64,000 bases of DNA from Chlorokybus atmophyticus. Its lineage: Eukaryota > Plantae > Mesostigma and Chlorokybus algae. The notes under the pieces are model-generated. The model was given only the letters and a program-made list of their open reading frames with translations. It was not told where the DNA came from and made no database searches. The translations under genes were made by a program, and so were the position numbers. Location: positions 77,114-141,113 of the forward strand of contig RHPI01001965.1 of NCBI GenBank assembly GCA_009103225.1. The letters are read 5' to 3'. Below, in pieces: positions 52,593 through 64,000 of the stretch (position 1 is the stretch's first letter; each line of letters begins with the position of its first letter).

Positions 52593-53039
52593 TGTGTCAA
52601 CTTGATACATATTGGAACGTGAGCCAGAACGTGGGCCAAAAGGAATGCATGCTCAATTCTTGTACTGTACCATTAAACACATGTCTGCTTGCACATACTA
52701 CAGTTCAGTGCCCAGGAGGGCAGATGCTCTAGCACTTGCAACGGGCCGACTGTAGTGAATGAAATCCTGAGATTACGGATGCTTAGGCTCAAGATTTTGC
52801 CTGATTAATGTCAAGAGCACGCTCCTGCATAGTCAGTGTGTGTGTGTGTGTGTGACACGGAAATTCAGAACGCATATAACTCCCACACATGGTGTTGAGT
52901 GAACACATGCACCTTGCAATGTATGCGAACGAGCGCACAGTGTAAGCCAACGCCTTGTTGACTAAACTGTGCTGTTTCATCACCTCCAACTCAAGGAGCA
53001 AGACTGTGGATATCTCTATGCGGCAGATCACAAACACAT

Positions 53040-54181
53040 TCACGTCTGCGCAGAGTCCTCAGCGGCCTCTTCAGTGGCCTCATCAAGGTGTTCCTGCGCC
53101 TCATCGGCATGCGCGCCATTGACGCCCTGCTCGGAGACCGTCACATTGCTGGCCTGCTGTTGCGTGCTCACGCGGTTGATTGTGTCCATGACTGCCGTGA
53201 AACCCCTGTCCAACGCTTCATCCACCGGTGTGCGCTGATGCCTGAACATAAAAGGGAGATGACACTCGCAACATCATTGATTGCATGGCTGAGGTGGTTG
53301 TAGAGGCTGTTCACATCAGAGTAACAGTACTTGGCAATGTTACTGTGTGCGTACCTGTTGAGGACTGAAGCGTTCGCACCAGCAGACAACAACTGTTCCA
53401 CAACCTTTCACCACAAGCATAGGGGATGAGTGCGATGACGAAGGCGTTAAGTAGTCAGAGCTGCCATGTCAGGCACCGTTCAACAGCTAGCAAACACAGC
53501 AGCTGAGGCTAACCTCTGTATGGCCATTGAGTGCTGCCCAATGCAAGGGTGTGTTGCCCTCCTCGTTTGCTAACCTTACATCCTGCACAGGTCATCTGCT
53601 GAGTCAGAGATCAACGTTGAAGCAGCACTAAGCTCAAACCTTAAACCCAGCTAATGCAAGAGCAACTTGTGCATACCGCATTTCGCGACAGAAGCAAGCT
53701 CACAATCTCCTTGTGCCCGTTAGCCGATGCCATGTGCAACGCTGCATATGTGAGTAGAATGTGGGTGTGTTGCTCCTTGCGCTGAGGTGTCAAACAGCAA
53801 AATGTAGGCTTGTACCTGTTCTGCCAAGTGGGTCTGCGGCGTTGACATCAGCCCCTTCCGACAACGCTGCATTAATCTCCTCAATATCTCCATACCTTGC
53901 ACCCTTGCGCACCAAACAGAGCGCAACAGATTGAAGGTGTGTATACTGCACATGCTCCTAGAATCCTTTTGCTAATAGTGTCGTCTGAATTCAGGTCAGC
54001 TGTAACAGAGCATGCATGCTGTATGTTGCACCAAAGCAAGCTGCACTTCAGCGACACTCCCCAAGCAGGCAACTAGCTGACAATGCAAGCAGTGCAACAT
54101 GGTAGTACAACAGTTGTGTTGTACCTCATGCAGCAAGTCAGCAACAGGTTGGCTGGTGGTCCTGGCTGACTCTTGCGGCAT
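53040..54181 (-). CDS. Small ankyrin-repeat protein, YAR1-like
   Basis: MPQESARTTSQPVADLLHE|GARYGDIEE...ADPLGRTA|LHMASANGHKEIV...|DVRLANEEGNTPLHWAALNGHTE|VVEQLLSAGANASVLNR|HQRTPVDEAL, followed by an acidic tail. Confidence 0.85.
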
Positions 54182-54602
54182 TGCTGCTGTTTACCGTGCG
54201 TGCAGCCCTGCTCAGTGAGCACTTGCTGGTCAGCACTCTACCATGCACACGTGTGCAGCAGCACATGCTGTGCGTTACAACAAAGCAAGCAATACACAGT
54301 TGCGGAAGAAATCTCACTGGTTGTGAAGACAGGAGCGCTTTGCTGCTGCCGCAAACGCCTTCGCTATGCGCTGACCTGGTGTGCGGCGGTCACGGTAGAG
54401 TCAACTCGGCGGTCTGCAGGGATGATGTGTATGAAGCTGCTGCTTGGGTTTCTAAGCTTGCGCTATACACTGACAGGCACCACAGCTGCTTGGCAAACCA
54501 TGCAGCAAACAAACGACGCTGTGAACAACGTCAACAGGCACCCCGCCGCCACTGCCACCGCACACGCCGCCCTTCAACGTGGACAAGGCCTGATGAGATC
54601 AG

Positions 54603-54697
54603 TCTGACGGAAAGCTGACGTCAGCAACCTCAGTTAGGGCTGACGGATGAACATAGTCAGACGGCGTCAGCTTGACGGACAAAGCAGCTGCACGTCA
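54603..54697. promoter_or_regulatory. Cluster of TGACG/CGTCA (as-1/CRE-like bZIP) motifs upstream of the ankyrin gene
   Basis: TGACG at 54605, 54616, 54641 and 54673; CGTCA at 54619, 54665 and 54693; includes the palindrome gctgacgtcagc. Confidence 0.4.
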
Positions 54698-56563
54698 CAC
54701 GCATGCCATGCGTGATGTGGACATGACATGACTGCAAAGGATAATGTGTAGACATGCGTGACGTGTTCCTTGTGTTGCGAATTACAGGTTGCAATATGTA
54801 TGTCACACATGGCCACAACACACGTAGCCAAAAATGCAGTGCTTGTACACACCATACACAACAAATGCTGAGTGCTAATTGCTGAGCCAGCATGCAAGTC
54901 ATTGGCTTAAGGATGCATGCAAACCAATGGGAAACCGCAGCTACGAAAGGCTGGCCCAGATTTCCATATCGCGCTCCCCCGCCTTGTGTATTAATAGCCT
55001 GACCAAACATGTGTCCACAATTAATGAGTCACTGTAATTAACCTGTCACGGTAAGCAACTTGTTAGTTGTCCAATGTATACAGCACAACTGTATTATCTA
55101 GGAATGCACGATGCTATTAATTAGTATGATATAGTTATCGTATATTATTGTCGTTGTCACTTTTGTTATACCTGAATTATTCGACGGAGCATATTATGCG
55201 TGCACACATGATAAACGCTCATAATTGACATACATCTCTGTGCACATGAATTATGCGTTAAATGTTCATTAATAATAAAACGTTTATACACATGTTCATT
55301 CGTTGCATTAATAACAACGCATAAGCTTGTTGGTATGCATGTGCACAATTGTGTAAACAATGATTGAAGCATGGGTTTTTGATTTACAATTGCTTGGTCA
55401 ATCACGCATGTGGATTAATACATCACATAAGAAGCATCGCATTTTGCATTCCTACAATTAACATTGATATTATCAGAATAAACTTACAAGATGTATAACA
55501 AGTGTACGTGCATGTATTGCATTATATATGCTTTTGATGCCGGCAACCATTCAAGTAGCATTGCGTATGTATAACACTCAACTGCAAATTATCTATTATA
55601 AATTCTCTTTTAAAGTTGAATGCAAGCATTTTTATTGAATATGTACACAGCTACATACTACCTTTCATAGTTAAACTTTAACGACAAGTGGCTTATGTAC
55701 CAAAGATGTCCGTACCTCTTATTTGCAATAAGATCTTTGAAGTGTTATGATAGCATGGCTTGTGCCAGATGTAATACCATAACATTGTATTCTGCCATGC
55801 CATGGCCGCAGCGACTATTGTCAGCACACTAATGGCATGCCTGCTTGTGTGAGCCAAGTATGCAAAGAAACAACCCTTTATTATCATTGACATACAAGAG
55901 TCCGATGTCAGCTCTGCCACAATACTTACCTGCTGAACAATACACCAACCCAACACGTACACCCTATTGTGCTAAGCAAGTGCGGCATGCAAAAACAGCA
56001 TGCCTCATATGTGCACACGCCTGTGATATCGTGTTGGTTACTGTTACTATCGTGCTGGCACACAACATGGTGTTATGCTGATGATGGTTGCTGTATACGT
56101 ATGGATGCGGGGCTTCGCACGTACTTGATCGTGTATGCAAAGGCCCTGGCTTAAGATGTTGCTAATTGTGGAGCTGTCCACACAAGTACGGTTATGTCCT
56201 TGCCGTGCTCGCTTATAAGTGGTCCTGCTGTGGGGCTAGTGCACTGCTTGTTGCATGGCTACCATTGTTGTTGATTATACACATCAAACCTTTCTTTGAA
56301 TGCCTGCACCTACGATACTCGTGTACCTGCTTCTTGTTGTTGTTATTGTTGCTGTTGCTGTTGTTGTTGTGCTTGTGACTTGCTCTGCTGGCCTGCCATA
56401 TTTCATACGCATATGTAGAGACTGCGGACAGATGTACGTGCAACTAACGACCTCTAGAAGCGGCATACAACTCAGATGGGACTTGGCTGATACTGCTGTC
56501 TAGTGTTGCTGTTATTGTAACACCCAGATTGCTGTATCACTGTCCAACAATGCAGTGGAACGA

Positions 56564-59356
56564 TCAAAGCATAACCGTGTATGGAAGCTGCACTTGGCAT
56601 CCGGACAAGCCCACGAAATTCATATCGATATTGGGTGCCTCATGAGGGTCTTCGAACCTGTTACACGAGAACAATAAATGGCAAATCCAGTTCCGGGCAT
56701 TGCCAACAAGTGAATGAACACCAGCACTTACTCGTCCATCAAATCTTCGCTGCTTATCAATTTTGCACATGTAAAGTTGCCAGTTCGGCGTTGTTGCAGC
56801 CTGATCTCCATGCGATCATAGTCAACATCTCCAGTTGAGCCAGCACCTGAGACACAATTACACTAAGTTTTCTGTACTCCAAACTTCCCAGAGACAGCTG
56901 GCAGGTTGGCAGCATGATCAGTGCAAATAATATGCAGACACCAATGAACATACCAGGGCTTGCCACGCTTGCCGTACGCAGCGCATTGCGAGCCTCAATC
57001 TTGCTAATAAACTTAAACCATACGACTGGTTGGAGAGCGTACTTGCTGGCGGAGCTGTCCTTGTGGCAGGGTGGCTCGAATTCTACCCACACACCCGCCA
57101 AACAAGTATGTGTGCCCAAGACTGGAGGAAGACTGCCTTCATGTGAAGCCTCCAACACCTGCAGTCACAACAGCCATGTTGATCGACATGTGACAGCACA
57201 AGGAGTCATCAGCAACATTAACCTGAAGTCATGTAGCAATGCTATGGCAGTGTGGGTGCATTCTGCAAGACAGATAGCATTTTCCATCACAGAAAGGCTA
57301 CAGCATAGCCATACTAACTGAACCTGTTCAAGGGTGGTCAAGTCCTGGAAGGCTGAACTGTCCTGTCGTGCTTTCTCCAGCAAGCCAGAAGGCACACTTG
57401 ACCAGTCGTCTGAATTGTGGTGATCTGAGTGACTACTGCCCATCAGCGTGGACTGCGGTGTATGTCGTCGCCCAATCAGGATTGCACCAGATGATACAGG
57501 ACATGAGAAGTGTCCGGAGCGATTCAACTCAACCGTCACCACAAGCCCTAGCACCGGCTGTACAAGGAACACAACATGTTGACAAAGAGGAACACAAAGT
57601 GTACAAAGCATGTACCGCACATGAGTATGGTACCTGCTGTACAGGAATGTCTGTCGAGTACATCCAATTTGTTTTGTCGCTGTCTTGGATTATTCCATCA
57701 TCCGAGCTTTGCGGCCCATGCCCTAACCTGCGCCGTAATCAAAATATTTCCCATTTGCACACAATTTGCTTGCTGCAGAGCACCCATAGTTAACAATCGT
57801 GGGGTCGAGTCTTCAATCACATTAGTCAACCAACAAACCCAACCCTCTGCAGCGGGTGTTTGATCAAGGAGAGTCAGGTATGGTCTGCCACTAACCTTCG
57901 CCGTCGCACGTCTGCGACCATGTGCCTCATGCGGGCTTCCTCCTCTTCCCGTCGAGGACTCCGCAGGCCTTGAAAAAGAAGTTGGCCTAGCGGGTGTCCA
58001 ATCTCAAACATCATGAAGAGTTCTTCCAAGAAGGTTTCAAGCTGAGGAGTCGACCACTTCTCAAGATCTCGCTGCACAATCATAGTGTTGTTGGCGGCAG
58101 CCTGCGCGTTAGCGGCAGCCTGCGCCGCGGCAGCACCAGCTACACCAAACATCAAGGCTGCCAGCAAGCTTGTCCTCTCAATAATGTAATCGCGCTTTTG
58201 CTTCTCCTGCAGAGTTACAACGGAATCGTTGGCACTGCCCCAGTACGCACTGAAACCGAAGGCTTTGGGACCAAGGAGAACCAGCAAGGAACCTTACCTG
58301 CTCGTCTGCAGCAGCAAAGCCAGGCAGCAAGACAGCTACACAGTTAATGTTATTACCACTCGCAGAGCAGTAGTTGCTCCAACTCTCTGGAGTAAATAGG
58401 TTTTCCACCTATTGCATGAAGGGTTAGTCAAGATGTAACTTTGCTGGTAGCTACCATTGTGGGCAACAGACTAGCACAAGGCACACATGGGTATCACGCA
58501 CCCAAAACCCTCGATCACCATTGTCGCATCCGCCGTCAGTGGCAACACCTCGAAACTTCAGTGGCTGAGCATTTGTGCAGCTCTTGAGCGCAGCAGTCAG
58601 TTCTTTGTAGAGGTGGCGATATGAGTACCCTGACACTTTGTACCAAACTGCGTAATCCTTCTGGCAGAGTTGTTGCCACAGGTCCTCCTGTTGTCCAACT
58701 GTAAACAACCGCTGCGTCAAGCAATTACTCAAGAGCAACCAGCTGTGCCACCATGTGCTCCTCAGGACAACCGCCACTTGTTAAGCATACAACATACTAA
58801 TGCTATAACGGTAGTGAGCCGGCACAGACTTTCTTGCACAGCTTAACTACAACCAACTAATCATGTGTGCATGTTGATGTATGTACCTACCAGCCAGGCA
58901 CCTGACCAACTCCACATACTCAACTACTGACGCAATGGGCATGCAAGCCGCCAATTCGCTGCTGCACAAAACGCAAGCACCAACACCGAATGCAATACTT
59001 GCTGTGAGGTGCCAATTGCACAGCAGCATAGGAACCTTGCTCATGCAGCCGCATTCACAGAATCATAATGCTCCTCTGTTGGCAAGGTCGCCAAAGCACC
59101 AATGCTGGCACAGACACAGATTGGACAGCTAACACTTTCACGACAACACGCAGCTTGCTGTACGTGATGAAGACCTAAGGGCAGCAAATTGAGTACCTTC
59201 ACGTAGCCGGCGGCAGCAAGCCTCCAGAGCCAAAACATCCCGTGCCGACAGCTGGGAAACAATCCACCTCACCAAGACGTCCTCTCCAACCTCAATCAAC
59301 GGCGGATCCCTGTCCGGCACACTGGCCTGCTTGTTGCGTCCCGCGCTCTGCTCCAT
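56564..59356 (-). CDS. F-box protein with uncharacterised C-terminal region
   Basis: N-terminal F-box-like segment PPLIEVGEDVLVRWIVSQLSARDVLALEACCRRLRE, later DLWQQLCQKDY. Downstream exons join in frame to ...EDLMDE|FEDPHEAPNIDMNFVGLSG...*. Confidence 0.7.
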
Positions 59357-60108
59357 ATCTCCTCCTGAGGCTTCGGCTTGCTTGCCTTTGGTTTTGAGCG
59401 CCGCAGCAGGCCCGCCAATTAACCTTGAGCTCCCAAGCATCCTCGGCACGAACTTAAGGCCCCAGCTAAGCAATGAACTCATCGCCCAGGCACACCACCA
59501 GGGAAGTCGCAGCTTCATACGAACAACCCTACCCGCGCCTCTACCACGGCCATTCACAATCACGATAACTACCAACAACAAGCAATCCGCTCAACAGCAC
59601 TACCTGCTGACAACCCAAATTTCACCAGAAGGTCAAGAAGGTTAGCTGAAAGGGGTGGCACCAATCTACCGCACCCCTCTTTGCGCTATCTCAGTGACGC
59701 AAAGTCAGCCTCGCCGCCGCCGCTGTCACCACCACCGCCGCCAGGACCACCGAAGCGCCTGCTGCTGACGTGTTTGACAAGAGATGGCGTTCAGTGCCTT
59801 CAATGCTGCAGACCACCACCACGCCGGCACCTTAACGCAGCTTGTATGCAGCGAAATGGATATCTAAGATGTACGAGTGGTCCTACTGTACTTACAGCCT
59901 ACTCTTTTGGTGTACGGTAGGTGCTGCTTAACAAGCCAAGCCTTTGTCTCAGGTTGTGCATTCAGTGCCTTAACGGCAAGTTTGAGCATTTGACAATCAA
60001 TCACGTCGAAGCGGCGAGGGCGCACGCTGTTGCGGGCGGTGGCGTCTGCATAGTTGCCGCCGTTGTCGGTGGAGGGGAATGTGTTCAGCAAGTTCAGGGG
60101 GGTGAGCT

Positions 60109-63100
60109 ATGGCTGCTCCAGCTGCCGCGAGCAGCACAGTGCTGGATGACAGAACGCTCGTGAGGCAGGCGTTGTTTCAAGCTGTGGCGAATGCGCTGCT
60201 GTTGCTTGCTGGAGTTGCAGCATGGCATGCTGCTGGGTTGCTCGCTCACGTCCAGCGCCCTCTTATCTATGCCATAGTAAGAGCGCGGCGAATGGCAGTG
60301 AATAGTGCTAGCATTGCAGCTAGTACTGTGCAACGTGTGGTTGCGCATGCACGGACTCAATTGCATGCGCATGCAGGGGCCGTAGCTGTTTGGCTGTTGC
60401 TTCGTGCTGTTGAGCAACCGGTAGATTATGCACTAGGGTACATTACATTAAAAGGTGACGCCCGTAGTTGCCTGGACATTGCGCCTCAAGTTGCCATTGG
60501 CCAACGGTTGGAGCGCAAATGCATGCAACATAGTCAAGCGCTTGAAATTCCATGCAGAAGCACACAGCTTTAAGCATGCACAGTGCAACCAGACTTTGCT
60601 CACACTGCAGGAGACCAGTAGTAGTTCTGATCTGAACGCTCGTTGTGAGTGCTTCGTCACTCAAACGCACGGCAGGTGTTGGCTATTGCGTTACGCGATT
60701 GGAAGGACACGCTGGCACAGTTTTGGGAGGAGCAGCTGAAAACGAAGAGCTTGCCAGTTGCTCTGATGAGCCCGTTTCTACTGTTGCTGTACATCTTCAA
60801 GGACACTGCCAGTGACCTGCTGGGACTGTTTTCTGAGGCTTTCAAGCGGCTTTACCCTGAACGGAAAGCTCCATCCATCAGCATAAGTGAAAACTACTTC
60901 TCGCCAGTTTCAACTGGTATGGCGGCAGTTGATCTCTTATTGGCATGCACAAGCACAACGGTAATACACGAGCCCTACAGGTCTAAAATCGTCAGTCAAG
61001 CGCGAGTACTCCAGTCCATCAGCAGTGTACTTCAAGTGGCTTGGTCGCATGGCTTTGATGGTGTTGGCATGGGAGACTCTTTCAATTCAGATTGTGTACA
61101 GTGCGCTTGGCGCAGTGACGCTTTACTTCACACTTTGGGAGTTGTCGTCACGCTTTGTGTTCAGAGAGGCGCCCGTGCAGGAAAAGAGGGCTGCTGAAGT
61201 ACACAAATCTGCTGGCACAGAAGGTGAGTCTACATGTCTGCATGGACGCGACATGCATGTCTCTATGGTCTCAGTATTTACTACTGATTGCACTTGGCTA
61301 TGTTTATTATCTGCTGCCTAATGCGCAGCCACCATCAAGAATGGTTCGTATGCGCGCGTTGGAAAAGGCATCCATGTCATTGACAAAAAGCTTCGTGAGG
61401 CTTTACTGTCCCAATTGCACGCAATGGTGGTTGGATTCTTGCTTACTGTGCTCCTACTGGGTGCCCTCTCGCTGGTCTTGTTCTTTGCGGTGCAAATGGC
61501 TCGAGAAAGCCATCAAGCAGCGACCACAGTGCATTCCGCAGTCAAAGACAGTGAATTCATGGAGGGGAGCGTTTTCATCAGGTGGTTTGAAGAGTCGGGC
61601 TTGCGCGGCAAGCTGAATCATAGCCTGACCATGGCATCCGAGTATGCCGATCAGCAGTTTCATGACTATATCAGGTTTTGCCTGTGCTCACTACAGTGAT
61701 TTGATGTGTTGCAACGACAACCCGCTTGCCGTTCAGTGGCCTCCGCTTTTCAGAGAGAACCACCTTGAAGATCTTTGGGACACATTGCGAGCGGAGTTTA
61801 GCCCGTACTTTGGATATAGCCTTGCAATGCTTGATGCCAACGGGACTGTGATGGCTGTCGCTGCTGATGAACCATCAGCATTTGCAGCCGCTATACAGGT
61901 TTGTGGCTGTTTGAAGCTTTGCCTCGCATCGCATCGCATCAGGATGATTATGCACTATTCGCATTGCATTCACATAGCAATGCTTGGCAATGCAAGCCAT
62001 ATACACTAAAGCAACACGCTGTTGCACAGGACATGCATAACAAGGTGCTCAACTTTGAGGTACGTCTGTCTGGTCAGATACTGTTTGCATGTGCTGTACA
62101 AAAGCAGCACATGTAGGTTTAGTAGGGGGGCCAACTATGGCTTGCCTTAAGCCTGTCACTATATAGGTCAATGCACGTGCCAATGAGGTCACTTGTGTCA
62201 GGTGCTTGGGGCTCTGCAGTCGGCAAAACAGGCAGGACTGATTGTATTGCAGTGCATGGACCTAACCCAAGGTGCGTGTGCACTCTGTGTAGTGGATTCC
62301 TTCATATCAGAACGCTACTGTTAATGAAATTGAGACACCCAGATGACCTGAAAGCCAAGGCGGGGCAGCATGCTAGCACCCTGCAAGCTGCATGGTCTGT
62401 TGCCCGCCAAGCTGCCAACTCCCTGGTTGCCACAGGCTTCACGTTCTTTGGCAGGTTTGTGTTATGACCACAAGTGTTATGCGCAACCTGCCAGGTCCCC
62501 CCTTAGTGGTCATGTATGCAAGTCAGTTAGATGGTTCCACACACTGACTTTGTATGTTGTTCATCAGCTTTTCAACAGCTTTCGGGCGCCTGCTTACAGG
62601 CATTTTCTCCGCTTCTATGGGGATTCTTGCGACCATGGTGCACGCGATGGTCTTCTTTACGCTGCTGTTTTATCTGCTAGCAGCTGGTAGGCAGTATTGT
62701 CGCAATACTACGTTGGCATCACACCTGCATGCTGTGAAGTTGACGGCTTCATCAGCTTTGAGCAATGCGTTGTGCTGTCATGCAGAAAAGCATCCGCTGT
62801 CCTCAACTGTCAGTCTTCTCCCCATAAATGCATCTACACGGAGTGAACTGGAGCGTGCATTTGAAAAAGCGGTATGCGGCTATGAATGTGATGTTGTAAC
62901 GCTTTCGGGCTTGAACCTGTTTCATGGGCGGCAGGTGCAAGGCGTGCTACTTTCATCTATGAAGTTGGTGGTTTTCAATTCAATGTTTACGTACCTGCTC
63001 TTCCACTGCTTTGGCATTCGATATTTGTGAGGGCTTTTGGCTGCACTGTCTTCTCGCTCATAGCTTTGCTCGCTTGGCACTGATCAGTCTGCAACCCTGG

Positions 63101-63751
63101 CAGATATGCTCTTACTGTCATGAGCGCGTTGTCAGCAATTCTGCCCTTGATACCGTCATGGTTGGTGGGTGCTGGCATGTGCTTGCATATATATTGCCTT
63201 GTGTTCTTTGCTGGCAGCATGCTACAAGTCGTTGTTCAAGCAGTGTGTTCAGTAATGAAGGAACTGAGCGTTTCTATCACTGGCACAGGTGTTGTTACCT
63301 GCAGCACTCCAGTTGGGTTTGCAAGGCAACAACGTTGCGCTGGTGCTGTTGGTGGTGATACATTTTCTTGTGCTTTCCCATGCGCATGAAGCTATCTTCA
63401 GAGAGATGGGCATTCACCCTTTTGTTACAGGTGGCTTGTTGAACAGTAATCCTGAATGCCCCACACGCTGTTAACATGTGCATGCAACCCGAACATATGC
63501 GTTTGTTGATAGGGCTGAGCATTATTGGCGGCATGTCAGTGTACAAGAACCCCATTGAGGTAAAGAACTACAGTTGGGCGTTTTCCATCTGCACAAATAT
63601 TGGCTGCACTGCATGCAGCCAGTGCTTTTGCGATTGTGTCCTCATGTATGTGCTGCTGCAGGGTGCAGTTATGGGGCCCATGCTGCTTACGCTGCTTACC
63701 GTTGGTGGCAATTTGTACTCAACTTATGTACTGAAGAATTCTGACAGCTGA
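60109..63751 (+). CDS. TMEM245: TMEM245-like multi-pass membrane protein (AI-2E/UPF0118 transporter-like C-terminus)
   Basis: Many hydrophobic exons, including VFFTLLFYLLA, SALSAILPLIP, HPFVT|GLSIIGG and IE|GAVMGPMLLTLL; stop at 63751. Confidence 0.78.
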
Positions 63752-64000
63752 AGTCACCACGCCTGTACCCGTTGTACATATAAGCTACCGCCGCATTGGC
63801 TACTGGGCTAGGTGAGCCAACAAGAAGTTATTAGGTGATTGTCTACTAGTGGCGTAGAGAATGTATATGTGTGATTGTAGTTGCTGGAGTGTTTATTGTA
63901 GAGTGAGTGTGAGGAGTGTCGGTGATAGTAGGAATTGAGTTGAGTGTGAGGTAAAACTGAGACATGCCAAGCTGCAAATGATTCCGATTGGTAGGCTATT

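Noticed and set aside
56300-56503. 67-aa plus-strand ORF with an apparent transmembrane segment
   Set aside because: The hydrophobic run is just a (GTT/GCT)n microsatellite in the F-box 3' region.
2380-64000. TGTAA as a consistent chlorophyte-type polyadenylation signal
   Set aside because: It is present after some stops (GST, EAF1, SLC13) but I could not find it consistently after others, so it was not annotated or used for taxonomy.

Overview
Eukaryotic, intron-rich, gene-dense nuclear DNA (about 50% GC, short introns with CA/TG repeats, two N gaps). I can assemble 16 spliced protein-coding genes: an uncharacterised protein, a class-III aminotransferase, ASCC2, pyruvate decarboxylase, a mitochondrial carrier, a YfcG-type GST, EAF1, an RSP10-like MORN protein, an SLC13/tDT-like transporter, a class III secretory peroxidase, starch branching enzyme I, a bacterial-type-I L-asparaginase, a YAR1-like ankyrin protein, an F-box protein and a TMEM245-like protein are well supported (15); a possible non-coding spliced unit near 41 kb is only a candidate. 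Starch branching enzyme, a flagellar radial-spoke protein, a land-plant-like PDC C-terminus and a class III peroxidase together suggest a flagellate green alga, probably an early-diverging streptophyte. That is inference, not an identification. The most interesting items are the complete class III peroxidase with non-canonical intron positions, a GST with what look like alternative first exons for organellar, secretory and cytosolic targeting, an intron-poor gene resembling a fungal/bacterial uncharacterised family, several GC-AG introns, and several hairpin or repeat structures. No tRNA, rRNA, CRISPR array or intact transposon was recognised. Exon boundaries and family assignments were made by eye, with no database searches.
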